Source: Syntrophorhabdaceae bacterium
GTDB taxonomy: Bacteria > Desulfobacterota > Syntrophorhabdia > Syntrophorhabdales > Syntrophorhabdaceae
Assembly: GCA_963666485.2 (NCBI GenBank)
Contig: CAXXUO010000002.1
Span: 320,001-384,000 of the forward strand
Reading direction: 5' to 3'
DNA length: 64,000 nt
How positions within the stretch are numbered: position 1 is the first letter of the stretch; each line of letters starts with the position of its first letter. The position numbers and the translations under genes are program-made. This document shows, one piece after another, positions 48,253 to 59,336 of this stretch. The notes below the pieces were generated by a model that did no database searches, was not told the DNA's origin, and worked only from the letters and a program-made list of their open reading frames with translations.

Positions 48253-48573
48253 TCATTTCGTTCCCTGCGCGGGAGCGGCCGGCGGGGCCGGCACAGGCGC
48301 AGTCTGCTCGGTCTGTGCAGGCACGGCCCTTAACGTGCTCCCTTTATGACTGTACGTGTACGCCAGCACTAAACTTGTCAACATAAAAACGACCGCTGCG
48401 ATTGTCGTCAGTTTGGTCATGAAACTGGACGAACCGGAGCTGCCGAACAGCGTCTGGCTCGAGCCCCCGCCGAAAGCAGCACCGATGTCGGACCCGCGGC
48501 CGGTCTGCAGCAATACGATCAGAATAAGACCGATCGCTATAATAACGTGGATAATGCCGATGGCTATAGTCAT
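48253..48573 (-). CDS. secG: Preprotein translocase subunit SecG
   Basis: VLLQTGRGSDIGAAFGGG.SQTLFGS. Confidence 0.95.
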   Translation of the reverse strand: MTIAIGIIHVIIAIGLILIVLLQTGRGSDIGAAFGGGSSQTLFGSSGSSSFMTKLTTIAAVVFMLTSLVLAYTYSHKGSTLRAVPAQTEQTAPVPAPPAAPAQGTK

Positions 48574-49331
48574 GTATTTTTCTCCAATGCGCGGCTTATT
48601 ATACCAAGAAAGTTTTCAGATTTCAAGGATGCACCGCCAACAAGTGCACCATTTATATCTTTCATGGCAATTAATTCGCCGAAATTATCGGCTGTAACGG
48701 AGCCGCCATAGAGAATCCTGACGTCCAGGGCAGAACTGCCGTAGACATCCGATAAGATATTCCTGATAAATTCATGGACCTCCCCGGCTTCAACGGGGGT
48801 AGCGTTCTTCCCGGTGCCTATCGCCCAGACCGGCTCGTAGGCGATGGTGATATTGCCGAGGTCTTTTATTCCGGCAAGCGCTTTTTTGACCTGTATCCCG
48901 ACGACGAATTCCGTTATACCCGCTTCGCGTTCCTCGTCCGTCTCACCGACACAGATTATCGGCTTCAGGTCTGATGCGAGGCATTTTTTCGCCTTCAGGT
49001 TCACGTTCTCGTCGGTTTCGTGAAAGTATTTCCGCCGTTCCGAATGCCCTATTATCGCGTATGTGCAGCCGGCATCCTTCAGCATTGCCGGTGATATCTC
49101 GCCTGTATATGCGCCTTTATCCTCAAAAAAGATATTCTGGGACGCAAGGGCCACGGGGGTTCCTTTTATAACGTCGTGAACACTCTTGAGAACAGTAAAG
49201 GACGGCGCGAGGACCACCTCTCCTTTCCCGGATATATCCGGCAGGCCGGCGATTATTTCCCTGGCAAGCGCCTGGCCTTCGGCCGCGGTATTGTTCATTT
49301 TCCAGTTTCCGGCTACCATCCATTTCGCCAT
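48570..49331 (-). CDS. tpiA: Triosephosphate isomerase
   Basis: GNWKMN, GHSERR, AYEPVWAIGTG, YGGSV and LVGGASL. Confidence 0.97.
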   Translation of the reverse strand: MAKWMVAGNWKMNNTAAEGQALAREIIAGLPDISGKGEVVLAPSFTVLKSVHDVIKGTPVALASQNIFFEDKGAYTGEISPAMLKDAGCTYAIIGHSERRKYFHETDENVNLKAKKCLASDLKPIICVGETDEEREAGITEFVVGIQVKKALAGIKDLGNITIAYEPVWAIGTGKNATPVEAGEVHEFIRNILSDVYGSSALDVRILYGGSVTADNFGELIAMKDINGALVGGASLKSENFLGIISRALEKNT

Positions 49332-49332
49332 C

Positions 49333-50520
49333 TTAACCTCCACAGTGCTCAAGCGCGTCGACTGCCGGCATGGTCTTGCCTTCGAGCAGCTCGAGGAATG
49401 CCCCGCCCCCGGTGGAAATGTACGAGATCTTGTCGCTCACGCCCGCCTTGTGCACGGCCGAATCCGTATCGCCGCCGCCGATGATGGAAAGTGCGCCCGA
49501 TGCCGCGACGTCTTTTGCGAGCCCGAACGTGCCCTTGCTGAAAGGTTCGAGCTCGAACATGCCCATCGGGCCGTTCCAGACGATGGTCTTCGCATCCCGC
49601 ACGGCGCTGCCGAATATTTTCTGCGTTTCAGGCCCTATGTCCAGGCCCATCCAGTCCGCCGGTATACTGTCAACCGGGCACGCTTCGACTCTGGCGTCGG
49701 CTTCAGCCTTGTCTGCGACAATACAATCAACCGGCAGGAGTATCTTCACATTCTTCGACCCGGCTTTTTCCATGATACTCTTCGCCTTGTCGAGCATGTC
49801 GGGTTCGCAGATCGACTTGCCGATCTCCTTGCCCATGGCCTTCAAGAATGTGAAAGCCATGCCTCCGCCGATTATCAGCATATTGACTGTGTCGATGAGG
49901 TTCTCGAGGACGCCGATCTTGTCGGAGACCTTCGCACCGCCGATAATGGCAGCGAGCGGCCTTTGCGGGTCCTTCATAGCTTTGTTGAAATAATCGATCT
50001 CATCCTTGAGGAGAAAACCGGCCGCGCAGGTCTTGACGGCCTCCGTGATGGCCGAATTAGATGCCGCCTTTCTATGGGCGACGGCGAAAGCATCATCGAT
50101 ATAAACGTCCGCCAACTGTGCAAGCTGCCGGGCAAATTCCGGGTCGTTCTTTTCGTCACCAATGTGAAAGCGCAAATTCTCGAGCAAAATGACGTCGCCC
50201 GGCTTCATGGCGGCGACTGCGTTTTGCGCACTCTCGCCGATGCAGTCGTCCACGAACGGGACCTCTTTTCCGAGAAGCCCCGCAAGTATTGCGGCGCAGG
50301 GCCTCAAGGTGAGCTTGTCCACTCTTTGGCCTTTCGGGCGGCCCATATGGGAAATGAGGACAAGCTTCGAGCCCTTTTCCATGCAGTACCTGATGGTCCG
50401 AAGGTGGGCCTTGATCCTCGTCGTATCCGTAACGTTGCCGCCGGCGTCGACGGGTACGTTAAAATCGACACGCATCAGCACTCTCTTTCCCGAGATATCA
50501 ATTTGATCGATCGAATTCAT
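49333..50520 (-). CDS. pgk: Phosphoglycerate kinase
   Basis: RVDFNVP, LENLRF, GGAKVSDK, WNGPMG and STGGGA. Confidence 0.97.
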   Translation of the reverse strand: MNSIDQIDISGKRVLMRVDFNVPVDAGGNVTDTTRIKAHLRTIRYCMEKGSKLVLISHMGRPKGQRVDKLTLRPCAAILAGLLGKEVPFVDDCIGESAQNAVAAMKPGDVILLENLRFHIGDEKNDPEFARQLAQLADVYIDDAFAVAHRKAASNSAITEAVKTCAAGFLLKDEIDYFNKAMKDPQRPLAAIIGGAKVSDKIGVLENLIDTVNMLIIGGGMAFTFLKAMGKEIGKSICEPDMLDKAKSIMEKAGSKNVKILLPVDCIVADKAEADARVEACPVDSIPADWMGLDIGPETQKIFGSAVRDAKTIVWNGPMGMFELEPFSKGTFGLAKDVAASGALSIIGGGDTDSAVHKAGVSDKISYISTGGGAFLELLEGKTMPAVDALEHCGG

Positions 50521-50547
50521 AGGTTAGCTCCTTCCTGTACGAGTTGG

Positions 50548-51546
<999 letters not shown>

Positions 51547-51625
51547 AAACGGCCTCCCCTTGTTTTTTTATCAATAGTAATCAAAAGGGGGTATCATGTC
51601 AACCCATTAATAGTAAAGGATGGCG

Positions 51626-51765
51626 CCGTTCAACAGTTCAACCGTTCAACAGTTCAACGCAAAAGAGATGCGGAATGTAAAAAGAATACGAGACATAAGA
51701 ATTTCGTCGAATGTAAAGGGGGATCTTCTAGCGTTGAACGGTTGAACTGTTGAACGGCTGAACGG
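51626..51765. repeat. Inverted pair of octamer arrays (C[C/A]GTTCAA)n
   Basis: 51626-51660 is a near-perfect reverse complement of 51731-51765. Confidence 0.85.
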
Positions 51766-51772
51766 TTAAGAT

Positions 51773-52339
51773 TTATGCCCGGGACCGTTTAAGGGTCCGG
51801 AGCCCGCCTATCACGTAGTGCGTTCCCGAGATGATTGTCGAGAGGCCCGTCACGAAGAACAGGACCGGAGTGTATTCCTTGAACGTGCTGCCGGGGATAG
51901 ACCATGACCACAGGACGTACACGATGGTTGCGATCTGCAGGACCGTCGTTATCTTGCCGAAGATCGTCGGCCTCGGCCTCACGTTATTGGCGTAATGGTA
52001 GAGAATAAGGTACCCGCAGGCGATGACGATGTCCCTTCCGAGGACGAGCGCGGTGAGCCACAAGGGGACGATGCCGACAATATAGAGCATGACGAACGCG
52101 GCAACGAGCATGGTCTTGTCGGCGATCGGGTCAAGGTACGCCCCGAGCTCGGTCTTCCAGTCCATGACGCGCGCGATGAATCCGTCGAGCAGGTCGCTTA
52201 TCCCCTGGATGAGAAAAAGATACAGTGCAAGGCGCATCCTGCCCTGGTAAACAGCATAAATAAAATAGAACGTGATGAAAAAACGAAGTATGGAGATTAT
52301 ATTCGGGAGATTTATAGCCTGCGTAGCGTTATCTCTCAT
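51773..52339 (-). CDS. CDP-alcohol phosphatidyltransferase (PgsA-like)
   Basis: NLPNIISILR and DLLDGFIAR...GAYLDPIADK. Confidence 0.92.
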   Translation of the reverse strand: MRDNATQAINLPNIISILRFFITFYFIYAVYQGRMRLALYLFLIQGISDLLDGFIARVMDWKTELGAYLDPIADKTMLVAAFVMLYIVGIVPLWLTALVLGRDIVIACGYLILYHYANNVRPRPTIFGKITTVLQIATIVYVLWSWSIPGSTFKEYTPVLFFVTGLSTIISGTHYVIGGLRTLKRSRA

Positions 52340-53717
52340 AATCCTGGTAATAGTTCCTGAACGTGGCGCACTTGTCGATGAAGCTCAGTGTCACGGTATC
52401 TGTCGGGCCGTTGCGCTGTTTCCCTATGATGACCTCTGCCATGCCCTTGTTTTCTTCCCTGTCTTTATTATACACCTCATCACGGTAAATGAAGAGGATC
52501 ACGTCCGCGTCCTGCTCGATCGCGCCCGATTCCCTGAGGTCTGCGAGGCGCGGCCTTTTGTTTTCTTTTTCACGGGTCTCCGGTGCCCTGTTGAGCTGGG
52601 AGATGGCGATGACGGGAATATTGAGCTCCTTCGCGAGGGCTTTGAGGAACCGGGAGATCTCGGATATCTCCTGCTCGCGCCGGTCCGCGCCGGTCCTTCC
52701 CCGCATGAGCTGGAGATAATCGATCACGACAAGGCCGATGTCATGCTCTTTCTTGAGCCTGCGTGCCCGGGCCCGCAATTCCATGACGGTGAGGGCGGGC
52801 GAGTCATCGATGAACATCCGCGCTTCGGTCAGTTTTCCGGCGGCCGTGGCGAGCCTCGGCCACTCATCACCGGAGAATGTCCCCGTGCGCAGCTTCGAAT
52901 GGTCGATCTCCGATTCGGAGCTTAAAAGCCGTGTAACGAGCTGTTCCTTGGACATTTCCATCGAAAATATCCCCACGGGCACGGGGTTTTCATGCAGCGT
53001 CGAAACATGCTGTGCCACGTTCATGGAAAATGCCGTCTTGCCCATACTGGGCCGGCCGGCGACGATAATGAGGTCAGACGGCTGAAGACCGCTCGTCAAC
53101 CTGTCGAGATCGGTAAAACCCGTCGGGACGCCCGTCACGGCCTGTTTCTTCTTGTAGAGCCTTTCTATAAGTTTGATGCTGTCATGGATGAAATCCCCGA
53201 TCGGCAGGTAGGTCTTCTTGATCTTGTTCTCGGACACCTCGAAGATGAGCTTTTCCGCATCGTCTATATATGCATCGATGTCCGTCTCGGCATCATAGCC
53301 TTTTTCGATGATCTCCGTGGCCGCCTTCATGAGCGACCTGACGAGGGATTTTTCCCTGACGATCTTCGCGTAATAGGCGATGTTCGCCGCGGACGGCATA
53401 AGATCGACGAGCGTGTTCAGGTAGGTTATGCCGCCCACGCTCTCGAGAATGCCCCGGTCTTTGGCGAGATTACTCACGGTTATAAGGTCGATCGCATCGT
53501 TCCTGTCGGAAAGATGGACCATCAGGTCGTATATCTTGCCGTGGGCATCGCGGTAAAAGTCGGTTGCCGTTACAATATCGCTAACTTTATTGATAGCTTC
53601 CGGATCGACGAGAAGGCCGCCGAGCAGCGATTGCTCGACCTCTATGTTTTGAGGGGGGACCCGCAATGTTGAAGCGGGATCTTTTGGATCCCTGACATTT
53701 TTTATGATCCGGGGCAT
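52329..53717 (-). CDS. dnaB: Replicative DNA helicase
   Basis: GRPSMGKT, FSMEM, IDYLQL, SQLNR, DLRESGAIEQDAD and KQRNG. No intein. Confidence 0.97.
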   Translation of the reverse strand: MPRIIKNVRDPKDPASTLRVPPQNIEVEQSLLGGLLVDPEAINKVSDIVTATDFYRDAHGKIYDLMVHLSDRNDAIDLITVSNLAKDRGILESVGGITYLNTLVDLMPSAANIAYYAKIVREKSLVRSLMKAATEIIEKGYDAETDIDAYIDDAEKLIFEVSENKIKKTYLPIGDFIHDSIKLIERLYKKKQAVTGVPTGFTDLDRLTSGLQPSDLIIVAGRPSMGKTAFSMNVAQHVSTLHENPVPVGIFSMEMSKEQLVTRLLSSESEIDHSKLRTGTFSGDEWPRLATAAGKLTEARMFIDDSPALTVMELRARARRLKKEHDIGLVVIDYLQLMRGRTGADRREQEISEISRFLKALAKELNIPVIAISQLNRAPETREKENKRPRLADLRESGAIEQDADVILFIYRDEVYNKDREENKGMAEVIIGKQRNGPTDTVTLSFIDKCATFRNYYQDYER

Positions 53718-54173
53718 TTAAGCCTCTTCTTTTGCCACCTCGATCTTAACTTCAGCGTTGACCTCGGGCTGAAGATGAATAACGACCGTGTGTTCGCCTG
53801 TTGTCTTGATCGGTTCCTCGAGACGGACCAGTTTTTTATCGATCTCTACCCCGGTAGACGCCTTGACTGCCTCAACGACGTCCTTATGGGTCACGGAGCC
53901 GAACAGTCTTCCATCGTCGCCCGCCTTTTTCTTGATAGTGAGGGTGATCTCCTGAAGCCGTGTTTTGAGTTCCTCGGCCGTCTGGGTATCGCGTGCCTTC
54001 TTGTTCGAAACGCTCCTGACAATATTTTCGAAGCGTACGACGTTGCCCTCGGTCGCGGGAACAGCGAGGCCCCGGGGAACGAGGAAATTCCTCCCGTAGC
54101 CGTCCCGGACATTAACGGTATCGCCCTTCTTTCCCGTGCCCTGGACATCTTCAATCAGTATAACCTTCATCAC
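53718..54173 (-). CDS. rplI: 50S ribosomal protein L9
   Basis: MKVIL...G..GD.V.V.DGYGRNFL and LFGSVT. Confidence 0.96.
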   Translation of the reverse strand: MMKVILIEDVQGTGKKGDTVNVRDGYGRNFLVPRGLAVPATEGNVVRFENIVRSVSNKKARDTQTAEELKTRLQEITLTIKKKAGDDGRLFGSVTHKDVVEAVKASTGVEIDKKLVRLEEPIKTTGEHTVVIHLQPEVNAEVKIEVAKEEA

Positions 54174-54182
54174 GTGCCTCCG

Positions 54183-54449
54183 TTATTTCAATAATGTGGT
54201 AAAGGGCAGAAAGGCAATGTGCCGCGCCATCTTTATCGCCTCTTTCAGCTTGCGCTGGTGGTTCGCACAGGTACCCGTCATTCTCCTCGGCATGATCTTG
54301 CCTCTTTCCGTGATGAACGATTTCAGGAGCTTCGGATCTTTATAGTCAATGGCCAGATTGGAATCCTGGCAGAATCTGCAAACCCGTCTTCTTACATACA
54401 CTCTTTTCTTCGGTGAATCCGACCGAGTTGTCCTCATTGGTCTTGGCAT
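54183..54449 (-). CDS. rpsR: 30S ribosomal protein S18
   Basis: CRFC...IDYKD...[17 protein letters not shown]. Confidence 0.96.
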   Translation of the reverse strand: MPRPMRTTRSDSPKKRVYVRRRVCRFCQDSNLAIDYKDPKLLKSFITERGKIMPRRMTGTCANHQRKLKEAIKMARHIAFLPFTTLLK

Positions 54450-54453
54450 CTAC

Positions 54454-54723
54454 TCATTCCTCCATCCAAAAAATTTTATGTGCTTCGAGTTTGACTATCT
54501 CCCTGGTGGGCAGCTTTTTTCTGAGGAGCCTGCCCGCTACCATCACGCTCGTTCCGGCCGCCGCATCGACGTATGGTTCCGATGAACCGCCCCGGCATTC
54601 TACGTCGATGAGGAAATCACCATCCGTGACCCGAAGGGGAAACAGCATGAACTTGTCCCCCCGGGGGGTATAGACGATCTCGGGCCTTTTCTCGACCCGT
54701 CCCGTCATGAAAACCCTGTTCAT
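54454..54723 (-). CDS. Short SSB/PriB-like OB-fold protein
   Basis: MNRVFMTGRV...PE..YTP.G...GT.V.V.GRL; 89 aa; lies between rpsF and rpsR; no acidic DDDIPF tail. Confidence 0.75.
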   Translation of the reverse strand: MNRVFMTGRVEKRPEIVYTPRGDKFMLFPLRVTDGDFLIDVECRGGSSEPYVDAAAGTSVMVAGRLLRKKLPTREIVKLEAHKIFWMEE

Positions 54724-55073
54724 CAGAACTCGCCTTCGAGCTCGTCAAACACCACCGCGTCGGGCGGTTTCTTCGGGCCTTCGCTCGCGTCATCGACGAC
54801 CACGAACATGTGCCGCAAAACGGGGTCAAGCGTCCTGTAAAACTTGGCCATCGGCGCAACAGAGCCTTCATCCATATCGAGCAGGAAAAAGAAATAATGG
54901 CCCCTGTCTTTTTTCTTTATCGGATAAGCGAGCTTTCTGACCGCCCAGTCATCCAGTTTCACGATCGCTGCGCCAGCTTTTTCCAGGTTTCCCTGGATCC
55001 TCTTCATGAGATCGTCTTCTTCTTCTTTTGCGAGGTCGGGGCTGAGCACAACAATATTCTCGTATCTTCCCAC
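54723..55073 (-). CDS. rpsF: 30S ribosomal protein S6
   Basis: YE...L.PDL and W..RKLAYPIKK...G.Y. Confidence 0.95.
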   Translation of the reverse strand: MGRYENIVVLSPDLAKEEEDDLMKRIQGNLEKAGAAIVKLDDWAVRKLAYPIKKKDRGHYFFFLLDMDEGSVAPMAKFYRTLDPVLRHMFVVVDDASEGPKKPPDAVVFDELEGEF

Positions 55074-55087
55074 GATTCTTTCTCCTT

Positions 55088-55408
55088 TCAGTTTTGAGTC
55101 TTCTGAGGTGCTACCACAGTGCCTTTATCGACCTTAACACGAACTTTTTCGGCAATTTCAATAGTTACACTGTCGTCGGAAATTCCCGTTATTGTACCAT
55201 ACAAACCACCCGATGTGATAATTTTATCTCCCTTCTTCAGATTGGCGAGAAACTCCTTCTGCTGCTTCGCTCTTTTCTGCTGAGGGCGGATGAGAATGAA
55301 ATAAAAAATGGCAAAAACAGCGACGATAAAAATAAGCGACATATAGTTGCTGCCGCCCTGACCGGCGCCTGCCTGACCGCTACCCATTGCATACGCTACA
55401 CCTGTCAT
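55088..55408 (-). CDS. yajC: Preprotein translocase subunit YajC
   Basis: FYFILIRPQQKR...LKKGD.IITSGG.YG. Confidence 0.95.
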   Translation of the reverse strand: MTGVAYAMGSGQAGAGQGGSNYMSLIFIVAVFAIFYFILIRPQQKRAKQQKEFLANLKKGDKIITSGGLYGTITGISDDSVTIEIAEKVRVKVDKGTVVAPQKTQN

Positions 55409-56516
55409 CCGATTCACCTCCTTCATATCGTGATTTGAAATCGTGATAAAAAGACCCGAACGTGCCGTTCTTTACGGCGTCACGGACCTTCCTCATGAGT
55501 TCCATATAGAAATGTACATTATGGACCGTATTCAAATAAAAGCTCGTCAGTTCGTGCGAGACGACGAGATGCCTCAAATAGGCCCGCGAGTACGTCCTGC
55601 ACGTAGGGCACGAACAGCCCTCATCGATCGGCCCCTTGTCTTCGGTAAAGCGGGCGTTCTTGATATTTATCCTGCCGTCCCACGTGAACAGGCTGCCGTT
55701 GCGGGCAAACCGGGTCGGGATGATGCAGTCGAACATGTCGATCCCTCTTTTCACGCCCTCGAGGAGATCTTCCGGCAGGCCGATGCCCATCATGTAACGC
55801 GGCTTATCGGCCGGCATGAGGTCGATCACCGTGTCCACCATGTCCCACATCAGGCTTTTCGGCTCCCCGACGCTCAAACCGCCGATGGCGAAACCGTCGA
55901 AGTCAAGGGCGAGGATGTCGTGGGCGGAGCGTATCCTCAATTCGGGGTAAAAACCGCCCTGGATTATCCCGAAGAGCTTCTGCGGACCGTCGGTTTTCGC
56001 CTCGAGGCACCGTTTTGCCCAGCGCGTCGTCAGTTCTACAGAATCGCGCGTATATTCAAATGTCGACGGGTAAGGAGCGCACTCGTCGAGGCACATCGCG
56101 ACATCGGCCCCGATATTCTCCTGCACGCGCACCATTTTTTCCGGCGTGAGAAAATGGCGCGAGCCGTCGATGTGGGATTGAAACAGGACGCCGTCCTCTT
56201 TTATCTCGCGCAGGACGCCGAGGCTGAATATCTGGTAGCCGCCGCTGTCTGTGAGCAGGCCTCCGTCCCAGCCGGCGAATTTGTGCAGCCCCCCCATTCT
56301 TTTGATCATCTCGTCACCGGGGCGCAGGTAAAGGTGATACGCATTTGCGAGGATCATTTTGACGCCGAGTTCCGTAAGCTGCCGGTGGCTCATCGCCTTG
56401 ACCACGCCCTGCGTGCCGACGGGCATGAAGACCGGGGTGTCCACCTCGCCGTGGCCTGTCAAAAGCCGCCCGGAACGTGCCCTTCCCTCGTTATGGTCTA
56501 TCTCGATCGCCTTCAT
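55380..56516 (-). CDS. tgt: tRNA-guanine(34) transglycosylase
   Basis: TPVFMPVGT, TDSGGYQ, GGLSVGE, DMFDC and C.C.TC zinc site. Confidence 0.97.
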   Translation of the reverse strand: MKAIEIDHNEGRARSGRLLTGHGEVDTPVFMPVGTQGVVKAMSHRQLTELGVKMILANAYHLYLRPGDEMIKRMGGLHKFAGWDGGLLTDSGGYQIFSLGVLREIKEDGVLFQSHIDGSRHFLTPEKMVRVQENIGADVAMCLDECAPYPSTFEYTRDSVELTTRWAKRCLEAKTDGPQKLFGIIQGGFYPELRIRSAHDILALDFDGFAIGGLSVGEPKSLMWDMVDTVIDLMPADKPRYMMGIGLPEDLLEGVKRGIDMFDCIIPTRFARNGSLFTWDGRINIKNARFTEDKGPIDEGCSCPTCRTYSRAYLRHLVVSHELTSFYLNTVHNVHFYMELMRKVRDAVKNGTFGSFYHDFKSRYEGGESDDRCSVCNG

Positions 56517-57532
56517 GATATGAACATCGCGTCCCCGTAGCTGTAAAACCTGTATCCAGCTGCTATAGCCTCCCCGTAGGCCTTCTTAAGCCCCGTCGCC
56601 CCCATGAAGGCCGCGACGAGCATAAGAGGGGTCGAACGCGGAAGATGAAAATTCGTGATCAGTGCATCGACGGCCCTGAATTCGTACCCCGGATAGATGA
56701 AAAGCTCCGTTTTCCCCGCAGGCAAACCATTGCCGTTCGCGCGGAAGACCGTCTCGAGGGTCCGCACGGAACTCGTGCCGCAGGCGACTATCCGGCGCCC
56801 CTTACTGCGCGCCTCCTTAAGAAATACCTTCGCCTCATCATCGAGCTCATACTGTTCGCCGTGCATCCTGTGCTCTTCGAGCGTATCGGCGTGAATAAGG
56901 GAAAAGGTCCCGATCCCGATGTGGAGGGTGATCGTGACAATATCGACACCCATCGAACGGACCCTGTCAAGCAGCTCCCGGGAGAAGTGAAACCCCGCCG
57001 TGGGCGCGGCTATCGATCCTGAGCTCTTCGCATAAACGGTCTGGTAACGGTCAAAATCGTCTGCACCGTCTTCCCCGTTGCGCTTGATATAGGGAGGCAG
57101 GGGCATCTTTCCGTACGTCCGGATGATCTCCCCGGCCTCATTATCCGAGGCAAAGGACACAACGAGGCTATCATTGTGCCGCCCTATGCTGGCGGAATAC
57201 CCGCCGATCGCAACAGGTATGGGTGCCGCTCTCCTGCCGACGCCGCGGGCGAGGCACTCCCACATCCCGTTGCCAAGCGGCCGCACCAGGAGAACGTCGA
57301 TCTGGCCACCCGTCGGCTTAACCGCCTTCAGGCGCGCAGGGAACACCTTGCTGTCATTCAGCACAAGGACATCGTTCTCACGGAAATATCCCGTAATGTC
57401 GGAAAATTTCCGGTGCTCGATCTTTCCCGTCACCCTGTCATACGCAAGGAGCCGCGAGTCGGACCTCTCGCCCGACGGATGCTGGGCGATCATCTCCCCT
57501 GGCAGATCGTAATCAAATTCGTCAACTCTCAT
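56513..57532 (-). CDS. queA: S-adenosylmethionine:tRNA ribosyltransferase-isomerase
   Basis: FDYDLP..IAQ.P, PLPPYI, YQTVYA, AAPTAG.HF, TNFHLP and YSYGDAM. Confidence 0.97.
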   Translation of the reverse strand: MRVDEFDYDLPGEMIAQHPSGERSDSRLLAYDRVTGKIEHRKFSDITGYFRENDVLVLNDSKVFPARLKAVKPTGGQIDVLLVRPLGNGMWECLARGVGRRAAPIPVAIGGYSASIGRHNDSLVVSFASDNEAGEIIRTYGKMPLPPYIKRNGEDGADDFDRYQTVYAKSSGSIAAPTAGFHFSRELLDRVRSMGVDIVTITLHIGIGTFSLIHADTLEEHRMHGEQYELDDEAKVFLKEARSKGRRIVACGTSSVRTLETVFRANGNGLPAGKTELFIYPGYEFRAVDALITNFHLPRSTPLMLVAAFMGATGLKKAYGEAIAAGYRFYSYGDAMFIS

Positions 57533-57782
57533 AATCCGTACATACCATCAATCGGCCCGCATTCATCCCGGCCCGTAGTTTGCCATCATCCGCATAGATA
57601 AAAGCAAAAAAATCCCTGTCAAGCCCTCCGGCTTTCCAAAACAGGTTAATTTTATATCAGATTATCCCGATATTCGCAAATCAATTAACGGGTTACGCAC
57701 CACACCCGTCACGGGCGGCCCCGGCAGGCGATTATGCTTGTAACGGATCGGGCTTTTATTTTACAATTTTCAGGAGTTTTCT

Positions 57783-58610
57783 ATGGGAATAATAACGGTA
57801 TCGAGGCTTCACGGTTCAGGGGGCACGTACTTCGCGCGGGAGCTCGCGAAGCGCCTCGACTATTCATTCATTAACAGGACTTCCATAAACACGGAATGCC
57901 GGGAAAGCGACAAGCACGTCTGTGTCTTCGGGATAGCGGGCGACGCCACGCCGGGGCTTTATGAAAAAATGCAGGAGCTCATGGTAAATCCCGATTACCA
58001 CAAGGTCTCCCTTGTAGCGTGCATACTCGACCGCGCCCGGGAAAACAATGCCGTTTTCACCGGTATGGGATGCGGCATCGTTCTCGCGGGCATGGAGAAC
58101 ACCATTAATATACGTATCGTCCGGCGCCTCGAGGACCGTGTCGGTGAGATAGCACGGGTAAAGGATATCGGCTACGACGATGCCTTCGATCTTGTCGAGA
58201 GGATGGATGAGGGAAAGCGCGAATTCGTCATGCGGTACTTCGGGGCCGATGTGGGCGACCCGTCCATTTATCACGCGGTCATCAATTCGAGCCACATACC
58301 GCTCGAGGATGCGATCGACATCATCGCCGGTTACGCGTCAAAGTATTTAACGGCATCTCATACCGCGGATGCGGAAACGGCCCTCAAAGAACGCCTGCTT
58401 GAAAAAAGGGCGGAACTGCTCCTCTTCCATATCGGAATGGCCCATTGTTACGGGAAACTCGACTTCAAGGCCGAGAAGGGCGGCCTGAGCGTTGCCGGGA
58501 CCGTACGCAATGAAGCCGAGAAGGACCGTCTCCTCAAGACGCTGCGCCAGAATACGGAAATTAACAGGATATATGACGAAATAGAATCGGGAGTTCTCGA
58601 AAGGATGTAA
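57783..58610 (+). CDS. Cytidylate kinase-like family protein with C-terminal BON-like domain
   Basis: IITVSRLHGSGG..FA..LA..L and D..IY..VINS; C-terminal GGLSVAGTV..EAEK. Confidence 0.75.
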   Translation: MGIITVSRLHGSGGTYFARELAKRLDYSFINRTSINTECRESDKHVCVFGIAGDATPGLYEKMQELMVNPDYHKVSLVACILDRARENNAVFTGMGCGIVLAGMENTINIRIVRRLEDRVGEIARVKDIGYDDAFDLVERMDEGKREFVMRYFGADVGDPSIYHAVINSSHIPLEDAIDIIAGYASKYLTASHTADAETALKERLLEKRAELLLFHIGMAHCYGKLDFKAEKGGLSVAGTVRNEAEKDRLLKTLRQNTEINRIYDEIESGVLERM

Positions 58611-58625
58611 CGACCGCCGCCCGTG

Positions 58626-59210
58626 TCAGGCGGGTTGTTTTTTCCGGAATTTCTTCCCCATAACGAACGCGTTTCCCAGCTTCGCACCAAAACCGTAATA
58701 TTCGCGAATTTCAGGCGTCAGGACAACAGGCCGTATCTTTTCGATGCTCGGCTTCATGGTATCATCGAGCATGTCTTCGTCGATCTTCACATCGAGGATC
58801 TCCCCGATGAACTGCGTGTGCAGGCCGAGATCTGTATACGTCAAAAGCTTGCATTCGAGGACAAAAGGAAACTCCTTGATATACGGGGCGTCAACGACGT
58901 CACTCCTGACGGGCGTAAGCCCGGTCACGGCGTATTTGTCGATGTCCCTTCCCGATGCTATGCCGAAATAATCCGCCTCGGTGAGGAACTTTTCCGGTGT
59001 TACGTGGACCGTGAATGCCTTGCGGTCAAGAATGCTCTGGTATGTATGAGTGGCCTTCCTCAGGGCAATATCAACGCACGGCGGCTTCGAGCAGCACATG
59101 CCTCCCCAGGCGACGGTCATGACGTTCGGGCGGCCATCCGCGTCATATGTTCCTACCACGAGCACCGGGGCGGGCAGGAGGACCGTCCGCGCGCCGAGGG
59201 ATCTTTTCAT
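58626..59210 (-). CDS. Flavin reductase family protein (flavoredoxin-like)
   Basis: PVLVVGTYD..G.PN.M..AWGG, ADYFG.ASG and LGLHTQFIGEI. Confidence 0.9.
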   Translation of the reverse strand: MKRSLGARTVLLPAPVLVVGTYDADGRPNVMTVAWGGMCCSKPPCVDIALRKATHTYQSILDRKAFTVHVTPEKFLTEADYFGIASGRDIDKYAVTGLTPVRSDVVDAPYIKEFPFVLECKLLTYTDLGLHTQFIGEILDVKIDEDMLDDTMKPSIEKIRPVVLTPEIREYYGFGAKLGNAFVMGKKFRKKQPA

Positions 59211-59280
59211 GGGAAACCTCCTAAATATCAGGGCCTTTGCAACCAAAAGCGGGTGAAACGGATTTTAGTATAACCCAACA

Positions 59281-59309
59281 TTGACAGGCATGAAATACTT
59301 TTATACAAT
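59281..59309 (+). promoter_or_regulatory. Sigma70-type promoter of the 59337-62956 operon
   Basis: TTGACA-17 nt-TACAAT. Confidence 0.7.
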
Positions 59310-59336
59310 GATGGGCATCCCGAAAAGGAAGGTCCT

